64,000 nt of DNA from Octopus vulgaris (taxonomy: Eukaryota), in NCBI GenBank assembly GCA_951406725.2, contig OX597826.1, positions 30,566,001-30,630,000 of the forward strand. The letters run 5' to 3'. Below the pieces are notes generated by a model. The model did not search any database. It was not told the origin of the DNA and saw nothing but the letters and a program-made list of their open reading frames with translations. This document shows positions 1 through 12,900 of this stretch, piece by piece; positions within the stretch are counted from its first letter, which is position 1; the number at the start of each line of letters is the position of its first letter. A program made the translations under genes and the position numbers.

Positions 1-19
1 ATGAATGCATAGACAACGT

Positions 20-182
20 GCTTTCTCATAGTTTCTGTCCACCAAATTTTTCACTTATGGGGCTTCGTCGTCCCAGAGTAATAGTTGAAACCACTTGTCC
101 AAAAGTGCCGGGCAGTGAAACTGAAACCAAAACCACGGGGTCGCAAAGCGAGCATCTTAATGATGTGGCCATGCCTGCGCCC
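20..182 (-). mobile_element. Degenerate head of SINE family 1 (tRNA-derived)
   Basis: Reverse complement begins GGCGCAGGCATGGCC and aligns loosely to the intact copies at 34510 and 45802. Confidence 0.55.
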
Positions 183-200
183 AGAATAAACTAAAATAAT

Positions 201-669
<469 letters not shown>

Positions 670-1261
670 ATTTAAATGCAAAGCCAGTCAAGTACCGAGG
701 TTTATGTACTCAATTTACATTTATTTGATATTGTTCTTCTGCTAGCTGCAATTTCTAGCCGATCGAATGACTGCATTGACACTCCATTGTTGGCTTGCAA
801 AAGGTTAAATTGCAACCAGACTGAATTAGTTGACGAAGAATTACTTGTGAAGGCTTTAGTGAGGCGTTAACAACACTGGAATAAATGGAACTGATTCCAA
901 TACAAAGATGTAGAACAATGTTGAAGAATGCAGCTATAAAGCACCATCATGAACCATTTATTGGTAGTTTTTGTCGTCGTTCTTCGAGAAATAAATAGTT
1001 TTAATAGTTCCGGCCTATTCCAAAATATTACGTTTCTTCATGTAAAGCAAATATCACAATGTATAAATTTGTGTGTGTTGCAAGGTAGTATGTTTGCATG
1101 TGTGCGTGTATACACACACACATACACATAAATGTGTGTGTACGTGTGTGTGAGTGTGTGTGTATACATATATACACACACATATATATACATACATACA
1201 CAAATATACTAGCATGCGTATATGTCTCTGTGTATGTGTATATGTATGTGCTTTTCACTGT

Positions 1262-1308
<47 letters not shown>

Positions 1309-1520
1309 GTTGTTGTTGTTATTATTATTATTATTTAATTTGTGTGTGTGCGTATGCATATGTATCTATATATATATGTATATATATATATATGTATGTA
1401 TATATGTGTGTGTGTATACATATGTATATATGCGTCTTTATAAAAAACATGACTGTTCTATAACAATACTAGACGGTAACGTTTATTATTTTTTTTGCTT
1501 ATATACATACGTACATACAA

Positions 1521-1640
<120 letters not shown>

Positions 1641-2348
1641 CTACATATGTGCACATGCACAATGAGCATAAAAGAACAGTAACACAGTAGGAAAAAGGTT
1701 TAACAAATAGATTATTAGTTTCAGAATATAATGGAAAGAGAAAGCGTCTTGATGTTTCAGACTTTAGTCGTTCGTCAGAAAAAAAGAAAAACAGAAGCAT
1801 GAAGCGGGTGGGAAAGAGGGATAGTCGATGAAAGAGAAAAACGATCGAAATCAGGTAGGAACGTTGTTCTGTAAAGAGGAGTTAAGACAGAAAGTAGAAA
1901 GTACAGGAGTCTATCTGTGTCTGGAAGTGAGAAAGAGAGAGAGGAGAGAAAGAGAGAGAGACTGTATGTGTGAAAAATTTCTACAAGTAATGGAATGGTG
2001 TTTTATTTATGGACCAAAGTTTCTGTATCGGTCATTCGATTTCTCCTTAGAAAATATCGCCCCTAGTGAAAACTAGAACGGAAAGAGCTCCACCAGGTTT
2101 AAAACGCCCACACTAGAAACAAGAAAAACCGTGCATCAGTATGACCTCACTTAATCTCCAACAGGAATTGAACCCTCAAGCGAGGATAAAATTTCCATAT
2201 ACATCTGAGTATTTCTAATAGGAAATTTACATATTTCTCCAGCATGTACGAATTTGTACTCCTTATTAGCAAATGAAACGTGGGTAATGGTAAATTAATA
2301 ATGCCAAAAAATTTTGTCAACGTCTTGTTTTATAACTCAGCAAACAAT

Positions 2349-2765
2349 GTAGCTTGCTTACGAACCACATCGTTCCGGGTTCAGTCCCACTGCGTGGCAC
2401 CTTGGGCAAGTGTTTTCTACTATAGCCTCGGGCCAACCAAAGCCTTGTGAGTGGATTTGGTAGACGGAAACTGAAAGAAGCCCGTCGCATATATGTATGT
2501 ATATATATAAGTATGCGTGTGTATGTATGTATATGTTTGTGTGTCTGTGTATATGTTTGTTTCTCCCCCCCCCCCCCCAACATCGCTTGATAACCGATGC
2601 TGGTGTGTTTACGTACCCGTAACTTAGCGGTTCGGCAAAAGGGACCGATAGAATAAATACTAGGCTTACAAAGAATAAGTCCTGGGGTCGATTTGCTCGA
2701 CCAAAGGCGGTGCTCCAGCATGGCCTCATTCAAATAACTGAAACAAGTAAAAGAGTAAAAGAGTA
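2349..2765 (+). mobile_element. SINE family 1, near full length (tRNA head, CORE-like segment, internal TA/TG microsatellite, tail ending AAAAGAGT/AAAAGAAT repeats)
   Basis: B-box GGTTCAGTCCC, GGCACCTTGGGCAAGTG segment and tail ...ACTGAAACAAGTAAAAGAG. Many near-identical copies in the window. Confidence 0.85.
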
Positions 2766-3590
2766 AATTTTTCAGCTCTAATACACATTCCGCATAAGCA
2801 GTTGTGCTCGAAGGCGACACAGCTTGGATTTTAAACCTACATACGTAGTATAGGTATGTATATTTATATCTTGGTATAGATATATACATATACATAAACA
2901 TGTGTATATATGTGTGTCTGTGTGTGTGTGCCTGTCTGTTTGTGTGCCTGACCGTCTGTCACTTTGTGTGTATGTATGTAAATATGTATGTATGTATGCA
3001 TGTATGCATCTTCGTATGCATGTACGTACGTATGCGTGTATCTATGTTCTTACGTAAGTATGTATGTATGTATGTATGGATAAATGGTTGGATGGATGGA
3101 TGGATGGATGGATGGATGGATGGATGGATGGATGGATGGTCCAAAATGATTGACAGAAAAAGAACAAAAGACAAGGAAACATAGAAATCCGCTCTTCGGC
3201 CATGGCAACCCACACTACAAGCGCAATTTCGGCGCCTTTAACGTCCGAAGACGTATATGTGCGTGTGTGAGAGAGAGAGAGAGAGAGCGTGTGCGTGAAT
3301 GCATGTGTGTGTGTATGTGAATGTGTGTGTGTGTGTTTGTGTGTGTGTTATTTAGCTATGAATCAAGTCTTTCCAACCATGCACGCTCATATAAACTTTT
3401 GTATTTCACGCGCAGCGTACGTACGACTGTATTGTCCTCTTTGTACTTCAATGCGGGGCTCCAATGTGTCCCTTTTGTAAAGACCGATGGGGGAATCCGA
3501 TTCGAAAGAAAATTGGCTTCTGTTTCCATAAATATCGACTGAACTCTACCATTGAAATATCCCCTCGCTTACCATATTATTGTTGTTGTT

Positions 3591-3648
<58 letters not shown>

Positions 3649-4079
3649 GGATGGTGGTGGTGGTGGTGGTGGTGGTTATGATGACGCGGAAGGTTTTTGT
3701 GTGTAGTTTAAACAGTTTTCCTGTTCAGTCTCAAAGAGTGCGAGCTTATTTCTTTTCTAAATTGGCAAACTATCAGTAAATTGAATAACAATTCATTACA
3801 CTGTAAACATACAAATATGATTATATACACTATCATATGCGCACGTGCACACACACACACACACACATGCATATACTTGTCTAAGCGCATAGAAACATTA
3901 CGCATACACAGATGTGTACACGTATATACTCACACTCACACTCACACACACACAGACATACACACACACATACAACACACACACACACACACAAACACAT
4001 GCTTACAGACAAATAGATTCCAATAACTATGAATTGAAAATAAACAAACATACACAGACAGACTCTCGCAAACGCGTTT

Positions 4080-4156
4080 AGATGTATATATATATATGTG
4101 TGTGCGCATGTGCGCACGCGTGTGTATGTGCGTACATATGTATATATATATGTATA

Positions 4157-4240
<84 letters not shown>

Positions 4241-4994
4241 CATACATATATCAATATATGCGCGTGTGTGTAAATGTATAGACACACACACACATATATA
4301 TATGTATATATGTATATATATATATGCATACATATATACATATACATATATATCTATGTGTATTTATGTATGTATGTATGTATGTATTTGTATATGTATC
4401 TATCTATCTATATATGTATATATATGTGTATGTAAGTATGAATATATATATGTATATATATATGAGTAATAAATATATGATATATATGTCTGTTGTCTGT
4501 AAGAGAGACTTAATTATGTCTGCATGAGTTTATGTAAACAAATCTGTGTGTTTTTGTCATATACATATACATACACATATATATACATAGACGTACTGAC
4601 AGAGATGCATATATGCCTGCACTGAAACATATGGACATATATACATAAATAAATGAATAGAAATATTTCTACACACATATATATACACATTACTATTTCA
4701 TATATTTACACTATTATATGCATATATATATATATATATATACACACACTCATATACACACTAACGCACAATGCACACACACATATGCATACACATACGC
4801 ATAAATATATACATATATGTATGTCTATATTTGTAAATATATATACATATATACACATAAATATATATACATGTATATATCATATATATACATTTATATA
4901 TATACATATATATATAAAAATACATACAAAGATAAATATACATACATATATAAACATATATATATACATATGTATATATTCATACATATATACC

Positions 4995-5051
<57 letters not shown>

Positions 5052-5121
5052 GAATATATATATATACATATATATATGTGTGTATATGTAAATATATAAA
5101 TACGGAAAAATCAAAATCAAA

Positions 5122-5156
<35 letters not shown>

Positions 5157-5540
5157 GAAGGTACTCATTCAAACACAGACTACCAAATTCGGTTATTATA
5201 TATACAAAAAATTCAAACATATTCTCTGCTTGTAGATATACACGTATAAACAAAAATATGTATATATATACATATATATTTATATATATATATATATATA
5301 TATACATTCATATACATATGAAGATATACACACATATATACATACATATATTTAATTATTTATATATATTATTGATATATATATATATATGTGTGTGTGT
5401 GTATATATATATGTATGTATATACCTATCTATATAAATATATATATTTGTATTTATATGTTTATATTTATAGCTATATTTAAGTATGTATATGTACGTAT
5501 AAGTATATCTACATATATAATCGTGTGTGTATGTGTTTGA
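4080..5540. repeat. Long compound (TA)n/(TG)n/(CA)n low-complexity field
   Basis: Read directly from sequence; source of the YIYI ORFs. Confidence 0.95.
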
Positions 5541-5869
5541 GTATGCGTGCTAGCTATCTATATAGGTAACAACTATATACAAAATATTGTTATAGTTCGT
5601 ACTTTTGGTGAAATAACTTAATTTTCTAGAAAATATAACAACGGAATCTTAAGGCAATTTGTAGTAAACACGGTTTTATTCTTACGAAACCAATTGAATT
5701 ATTTGGAATAGATTTAGTATATAAAGCAACGGAGTTTATTTGCATCTTTTTTGGCTCTCTCTGTCTGTCTGCCGGTCCACCTATCTGTCTTGTCAGTGTT
5801 TCTGACATCCTTCCCTCTACTTTTTCTCGGTATATATATGTATATATATATAGTATGTCATTTAATATG

Positions 5870-6078
5870 TGGCCGCGTGTGTATCGTTGGCGATTTTCTT
5901 TCTCCGTCTTCCCTTCCTTCGACCTTTCCTTTTTTCTATGTTTCTGACGAAAAGGTCTGCTCGAAACGTTGAATCCTAATTCTTTCCCTCCTTTCCTGAG
6001 CGTCCAATAATACTATACTTGTTCCACATCGTCGTGTTGTTGTGTTTTCTCTTTGTATTTTCATGTTTTGATTAACAA
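5870..6078 (+). mobile_element. Short TA-flanked element with hammerhead-like motif (family H1); putative PLE pseudo-LTR or retrozyme-like
   Basis: GTTT-CTGACGA-...GCTC-GAAAC-GTT at 5940-5970. Homologous to 6403-6667 and 50620-50760, and more distantly to 22262-22440 (-). Confidence 0.55.
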
Positions 6079-6081
6079 TAT

Positions 6082-6136
<55 letters not shown>

Positions 6137-6157
6137 TTGATTTATAAATATATATAA

Positions 6158-6192
<35 letters not shown>

Positions 6193-6299
6193 CATACATA
6201 TATATATAAATATATATATATATATAACCAATACTTGTGTATTAATAATTCTACAAGCAGTATTACTTGGTTGGATTCACAACCTCTGACTCTCTTTGA

Positions 6300-6396
<97 letters not shown>

Positions 6397-6402
6397 GTGT
6401 GT

Positions 6403-6514
6403 GACCGCGTGTGTATCGTTGGCGAATTTTTCCTCCGTCTTCCCTTCCTTAGATCTTTCCGTTTTCTATGTTTCTGACGAAGAGCTCCGCTCGAGACGCT
6501 ATATCCCCCTTCTT

Positions 6515-6558
<44 letters not shown>

Positions 6559-6660
6559 CAATAAATAAATATATATATATGTATATATTGTTAATCAAAA
6601 CACTATACTTGTTCCACGACCTCGCGTTATTGTGTTTTCTCTTTGTGGTTTCATGTTTGG

Positions 6661-6667
<7 letters not shown>
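6403..6667 (+). mobile_element. Second family H1 copy, interrupted by (TA)n
   Basis: Clear similarity to 5870-6078. GTTT-CTGACGA-A-GAGC-tcc-GCTC-GAGAC at 6470-6497. Confidence 0.55.
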
Positions 6668-6716
<49 letters not shown>

Positions 6717-6724
6717 TATATATC

Positions 6725-7137
6725 TTTCTTTACTACCCACAAGGGGCTAAACACAGAGAGGACAAACAACGACAAACAAACAGATTAAGTCGATTATATC
6801 GACCCCAGTACGTAACTGGTACTAATTTAATCGACCCCGAAAGGATGAAAGGCAAAGTCGACCTCGGCGGAATTTGAACTCAGAACGTAGCGGCAGACGA
6901 AATACCTATTTCTTTACGACCCACAAGGGGATAAACACAGAGGGGACAATCAAGGACAGACAAACGGATTAAGTCGATCATATCGACTCCAGTGTGTAAC
7001 TGGTACTAATCTAATCGACCCCGAAAGGATGAAAGGCAAAGTCGACCTCGGCGGAATTTGAACTCAGAACGTAGCGGTTGACGAAATACCGATAAGCATT
7101 TCGCCAGTCGTGCTAACGATTCTGCCAGCTCGCCGCC
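6725..7137 (-). mobile_element. SINE family 2, head plus two tandem body units
   Basis: Reverse complement GGCGGCGAGCTGGCAGAATCGTTAGC...GAGTTCAAATTCCGCCGAGGTCGACTTTGCCTTTCATCCTTTCGGGGTCGAT; body repeated twice. Confidence 0.88.
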
Positions 7138-7346
7138 TTGAATATATATATAAATATATATAGTTTCAGCTCAGACCTGCGGCCATGCTGATGCACCGCC
7201 GTTATTATTATTATTATTGTTGTTGCTTTTATATTCTTCTTGATGTTGTTGTTGTTCAGGTCACTGCTGGAATCGAACTCGGAATCTTGGGTTTGTAGCC
7301 TGCGCTCTTAATCACCACGCCACATGCCTGTGGGCATATATATATA

Positions 7347-7430
7347 ATGTGTGACAATTGTTCGGTAGCCAAGAAAAAACTCTGAGTTTCGGATGCCGAG
7401 GTGGAAATCCACACCACCATCTCTTCAGTT
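7347..7430 (-). ncRNA. Hammerhead-like motif in a short TA-flanked insert
   Basis: Minus strand CTGAAGA-GATG...CATC-C-GAAAC-TCAGA-GTT. Stem II GATG/CATC, near-palindromic stem III ACTC-A-GAGT; stem I weak. Confidence 0.45.
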
Positions 7431-7709
7431 ATATATATAATTAGAGAATATGTTAAACTCACGAAGGGATCGTTGCTTCCTAGGGAAATATTTGTTCAAA
7501 ACCTAGTATCTGGGGGCAATGAAACTCCCTTAAAACAATAGGTATATATAAAGCATATTTCTTTTCTTCTGTTAGAGGTATATATGTGTGTGCCTGTGTG
7601 TGCGTGAAAGTAAGATCGGAGGAGAAAGGTGTAGGAAGATAGTAATGTTCAAGCAGTTCGTACAAGGTATAAAATGCAACTTTCAGGAACAATAGTGGTT
7701 TATTGTCGT

Positions 7710-7878
7710 TTTATTCTTTCCCTTGTTTCAGTCATTTGAATGCAGCCAAATCTGGAGCACCGCCTTTAAGTCGAGCAAATCGACTTCAGGACTTATTCTT
7801 TGTAAGCCTAGTACTTATTCTATCGGTCTCTTTTGCCGAACTGCTAAGTTACGGGGACGTAAACACACCAGCATCGGA
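7710..7878 (-). mobile_element. SINE family 1 tail fragment
   Basis: Reverse complement of the 2590-2760 tail. Confidence 0.8.
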
Positions 7879-7959
7879 TGGTTAAAAGCGCAAGCTACTC
7901 ACCCTAAGATTCCGAGTTCGATTTCAAGCAGTGACTTGAACAACAACAACATTAATAAA

Positions 7960-8118
<159 letters not shown>

Positions 8119-8634
8119 CAGTATATGGAGAACACGGAATCAAGACAGTAGGCCCTATTTGGACGAGAACAAATTAGCAAATGTGAGGAGGGATATCTTT
8201 AGAAATAACAGACTCACAGACAGTGATCATAATATCTCAGCGAAAGAGTTTGACAAGCTCAGAAAATATAAAGACCTACTCATTGAAATTGAGAAAATGT
8301 GGCATCCCAAGGCGGTTACAATACCAGTGATCGTAGGAGCACTAGGAATGATCAAGAAGGGAACCGAAAATTATATGAGAATGATCCCTGGCTTACCATC
8401 CCTGCAAGAAGTGCAAAAGATTGTCTTAACTGGTACATCACACGTATTGAGAAGAGCATTATCGATGTGAGAACTGTTGCTGCTCATGTATTTTAATTTA
8501 ACTTAAAAAAAAAAAATAAAAAAAAAATGAACGAACTACTGAGTTTGGTTTAATGGCCTACCAATATACACTATGAGTTTCTTTGCCCTAGGAGTCGGGA
8601 AGACACTCGGCAAGAAATGGGAGAAAATTTGAAA

Positions 8635-8636
<2 letters not shown>
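8119..8636 (+). mobile_element. R4/Dong-like family B copy, internally deleted or chimeric, between (TAA)n tracts
   Basis: 8223-8636 is nearly identical to the 3' end of 17240-17639 (-) (DHNISAKEFDKLRKYKDL...RRALSM* plus 3' UTR). 8119-8222 has no match in the long copy. Confidence 0.9.
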
Positions 8637-8702
<66 letters not shown>

Positions 8703-8781
8703 TAATAATAATAATGATAATAATAATAATAATGATAATAATAATAATAATAATAATTATTATTATTATTATTATTATTAT

Positions 8782-9106
8782 TAAAAGAAATGGAGAAACT
8801 TTCAAAATACAAAGACCTGGAAATAGAGGTAACTAGAATGTGGAATCTGAAAACAGAAACAATTCCTATCATAGTATGCATTAGGCATGATAAAAAAATA
8901 TTCAGACAAATACATAACAAAAACACCAGGACTTACAAACACATATAACATACAGAAAATTGCACTACTAGGCACTGCACACATCCTACGCAGAACACTT
9001 TCCATACAATAACCATCAGAGAATCACAACAAATCACAGCACATACCCAAGGCACACAGAGCTGCGCTCGGTAGTGAAGTGAAAGCACGCTATAAAAATA
9101 AAACTA

Positions 9107-9110
<4 letters not shown>
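8782..9110 (+). mobile_element. R4/Dong-like family A, heavily 5'-truncated 3' fragment
   Basis: Near-identical to 11289-11626, with a 2-bp deletion (gtaggtgca to gtatgca) and the same 3' end ACTACTGA followed by (TAA)n. Confidence 0.93.
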
Positions 9111-9192
<82 letters not shown>

Positions 9193-9194
9193 CA

Positions 9195-9428
9195 TAATCA
9201 CGCGCCAGCTGCCGAGAGCAGCGGTAGACCGTCCAGGTACGAACTAAAGTACAGTACCGTCGTCGACCCATCGCTCTCTCCAAATAGGTGTGCGAAGTGC
9301 TGCTGAAAAGCCGCACACATCTGCTCAGAGCCGAGTAACACACGCCCATCTCGATTCGTCAAGGACCTGATCGTGGATTTTTTTTCCACGTCGTCGCGTC
9401 TCCAACGTTCGAGCCCATCGGACAGCGT
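9195..9428 (-). pseudogene. L1/Tx1-type LINE ORF2 fragment (EN-RT linker)
   Basis: Translates STIRSLTNRDGRVLLGSEQMCAAFQQHFAHLFG...FSSYLDGLPLLS, resembling the Tx1/L1 inter-domain region; recognised by eye. Confidence 0.6.
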
Positions 9429-9444
9429 TTGTTCCTTCCTTCAA

Positions 9445-9823
9445 TCTTTGGCAGACGGCCAGCTAATTTGGAGGGCGGGGTGGATACGCCGATTGTATCA
9501 ACCCCTGTGTTCAACTGGTACTTTATCGAAATGGAAAGGATGAACGTCAACCTGCTCGGAATTTTAATTCAGAACAAGACAGACGAAATACCTATTTCTT
9601 TATTACCCACAACGGGCTAAACACAGAGGGGACAAACAAGGACAGATATAAGTATTATGTCGATTACATCGACCCCAGTGCGTGACTGGTACGTAGTTTA
9701 TCGACCCCGAAAGGATGAAAGGCAAAGTCGACCTCGGCGGAATTTGAACTCACAACGTAACGGCAGACGAAATACAGCCAACCATTTCGCCCGGCGTGCT
9801 AACGATTCTTCCAGTTCGCCGCC
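9445..9823 (-). mobile_element. SINE family 2 with degenerate second unit
   Basis: Same consensus as 6725-7137. Confidence 0.85.
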
Positions 9824-9848
9824 TAACAACAACAACAACAACAACAAC

Positions 9849-9970
<122 letters not shown>

Positions 9971-9971
9971 C

Positions 9972-10009
<38 letters not shown>

Positions 10010-10010
<1 letters not shown>

Positions 10011-11626
10011 GACTATTAAAGACAGTTCATGGATTTACCAAAGAAATAGATATGAAATTTGGATTAGAAAAATGCGCCAAAGTAACCATGAAAAGAGGAA
10101 AACTAGTTAAGAGTAACAACATCACACTAGATAAAACCAATGAAATAAAAGAATTAGACCAAAGCCAAACTTACAAATACTTAGGAATCCATGAACTAGA
10201 TAAGACACAACACACACAAATGAAAGAGAAAATAAAAAAAGAATATTATAGACGAGTTAGATCAATACTAAACACAGAGCTCAATGCTAAAAACAAGATA
10301 ATAGGTATCAACACTTTAGCTGTCCCAGTTATAAGTTACAGCTACAATATCCTTAACTGGACACGAAATGAACTGACCAAAATAGATAGGAAAACAAGAA
10401 AAATAATGACAGGATCTAGGATGCATCACCCAAAATCTGACATAGAAAGACTATATATACAACGTATGGAAGGTGGTAGAGGCCTTATACAGCTGGAAAA
10501 CTACTATAAAATAACCACCATAGGACTGCAAAAATATCTACTTCAGAAGGAAGGAAAACTGATCCAGATAGCGGCAAAACACGAGCAAAACAAAAAACTG
10601 TTCTCAGTATTTAAGGAAGCTGACAAATACAAACAAGAAATCATACCACCTAATAAACATGAAGAAGAAGAAGAAGATGAAGAAACAACAAAAGCTATAA
10701 AACAAATGAAATCCAAACTAAAAACAGAACAGCAACGAACCATGATAAAACGATGGCAAGAAAAGCCCCTTCATGGTAAATACTGCACTAAACTAAACGC
10801 AAAAGAAATAGACAAAGAAAAATCCCAGCAATGGTTGAGAAGCTCAGGACTCAAAGCAGAAACAGAGGGATTTTTAATTGCAGCACAAGACCAAAGCCTC
10901 CCCACCAGAAATTACCAAAAACATGTAATGAAAAGAAATATTACAAGTAACTGCAGAATATGTGGAGATGGACAAGAAACAATAAATCATATTATCTCTA
11001 GCTGCCCAGTCCTGGCTAAGAAGGAATATATTCACAGACATGACAGAGTTGGAACCTACATACATTGGAAGCTATGCCAACATTATGGAATAACAACAGA
11101 AAAAAGATGGTATAGGCACACACCAGAAAAGGTCACAGAAAACGAGAAAGCAACCATACTCTGGGATATGCCGATACACACAGATAGAGAAATTAAGGCC
11201 AACAGACCAGATATAGTTGTCAGAGATCATGAAGAAAAAAAATGCTTTTTAATTGATGTATCAATACCGGCAGATGACAACGTGTCTCTAAAAGAAATGG
11301 AGAAACTCTCAAAATACAAAGACCTGGAAATAGAGGTAACTAGAATGTGGAATCTGAAAACAGAAACAATTCCTATCATAGTAGGTGCATTAGGCATGAT
11401 AAAAAAATATTCAGACAAATACATAACAAAAACACCAGGACTTACAAACACATATAACATACAGAAAATTGCACTACTAGGCACTGCCCACATCCTACGC
11501 AGAACACTTTCCATACAATAACCATCAGAGCATCACAACAAATCACAGCACATACCCAAGGCACACAGAGCTGCGCTCGGTAGTGAAGTGAAAGCACGCT
11601 ATAAAAATAAAAATAAAACTACTGAA
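10010..11626 (+). mobile_element. 5'-truncated non-LTR retrotransposon, R4/Dong-like family A, inserted in (TAA)n
   Basis: (TAA)n on both sides (about 9850-10009 and 11626-11638). Single ORF with C-terminal RLE and ~105-nt 3' UTR. The 3' end is confirmed by the second copy ending at 9110. Confidence 0.92.
10052..11521 (+). CDS. Truncated retrotransposon ORF: RT C-terminus/thumb, CCHC zinc knuckle, restriction-like endonuclease
   Basis: FGLEKC, YKYLG, CRICGDGQETINHIISSC, RHD, RPDIVV..LIDVSIP..KLSKY. The frame is open back to 10010 (RLLKTVHGFTKEID), so Met 10052 is internal; the YxDD motif is lost by truncation. Confidence 0.92.
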   Translation: MKFGLEKCAKVTMKRGKLVKSNNITLDKTNEIKELDQSQTYKYLGIHELDKTQHTQMKEKIKKEYYRRVRSILNTELNAKNKIIGINTLAVPVISYSYNILNWTRNELTKIDRKTRKIMTGSRMHHPKSDIERLYIQRMEGGRGLIQLENYYKITTIGLQKYLLQKEGKLIQIAAKHEQNKKLFSVFKEADKYKQEIIPPNKHEEEEEDEETTKAIKQMKSKLKTEQQRTMIKRWQEKPLHGKYCTKLNAKEIDKEKSQQWLRSSGLKAETEGFLIAAQDQSLPTRNYQKHVMKRNITSNCRICGDGQETINHIISSCPVLAKKEYIHRHDRVGTYIHWKLCQHYGITTEKRWYRHTPEKVTENEKATILWDMPIHTDREIKANRPDIVVRDHEEKKCFLIDVSIPADDNVSLKEMEKLSKYKDLEIEVTRMWNLKTETIPIIVGALGMIKKYSDKYITKTPGLTNTYNIQKIALLGTAHILRRTLSIQ

Positions 11627-11879
11627 TAATAATAATAACAGCAACAACAACGTCGATGATGATGATGATGATATTATTATTATCACGGCTATCAGTTGTT
11701 TTCCGGGTAATTACTTCATAAGCCTTCCGCGCTTTCTGCCTCTAAAAATATCGCTGTTCATTTTCGTGTTTTTTTTTCTTTTTCGTTGTTTTTTTGTTGT
11801 TGTATATTTATTTATTCATTTATTTGCTATCTATTTTATTCATTCGCTTCTTTTCTGAAGTACATTTTTTTTTATTTGT

Positions 11880-12450
11880 TTATCACATAAGATGATATTC
11901 GTTGAACCCTTGTTTACAGTTGTTGTTTCTCTTACCGTTGCTGCTGCTGCTGCAGCTGCTGCTGCTGCTGCTTTTGTTTGCCTTTTCGTAATTGATAGTT
12001 TTGTTCTGACTACAGTTGCTGCTGCTGATATTGATGATAATGATGATGGCGAAGAGGGGAAAGAAGAGAATAAGGGGGAAGAATGAAGAGAAGGTGGAGA
12101 CGACGACGACGATGACGATGATGATGATGATGAATATTGTAACGACGACGCTGTTGTAGTTGCTGCTGCTGCGGCCTCTGCTGCTGCTACGGCTTCTGCT
12201 GCTACTGCAGCTGCTGCCGCTGATGATGATAATCATCATAACGATCACCATCATAATGATGATAATGACTTGAAGATGATGACGATGGCACCGACAACCA
12301 TGGCGACGACGACGACGACGACGATGACGATGATGATGACGATGACGATGATGACGATGCTGATGACATGACGACGCCAACCACTCGCTGCGACAAAAAC
12401 ATCGACGACAATGGTGATGACAACAATGATGATGATGCTGACGATGATCT
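11880..12450. repeat. Compound trinucleotide low-complexity region (GCT/GAT/GAC)
   Basis: Read directly from sequence. Confidence 0.9.
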
Positions 12451-12619
12451 GTTGCACTTTTACTGAGGTCGATCAAAGAAATAATGTCATCATTTACTTT
12501 GTTTATGTTCTGTTGTTTACCTGCAATTTGGTTCTGATTTCTGATTCATAACATATATGATCAAATGCATTCTGGCCATGACCATCCCATCCAATGTTAT
12601 TTATCTATTTATTCTTTTT

Positions 12620-12858
12620 CTTTTTTCTTTTTACTTGTTTCAGTCGTTTGACAGCGACCATACTGGAACACCGCCTTCAGTCGAACAAATCGACCCCAGG
12701 ACTTATTCTTTGTAAGGTAGTGCTTATTCAATCGGTCTCACTTTTGCCGAAACGCTAAGTTACGGAGTTACGGGGACGTAAGCACATCATCATCGATTGT
12801 CAAGTGATGGTGGGCGGGGGAACAAACACGGACACAGATAATAAACACACACACACAC

Positions 12859-12900
<42 letters not shown>

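Noticed and set aside
2317-2901. 194-aa ORF and similar recurrent peptides (STPGLILCKPS, RPRKDERQSRPRRNLNS)
   Set aside because: Read-through of non-coding SINE families 1 and 2; the recurrence reflects copy number.
11883-12476. His/Arg/Ser-rich 197-aa ORF
   Set aside because: Trinucleotide low-complexity sequence with no supportable splice or domain evidence.
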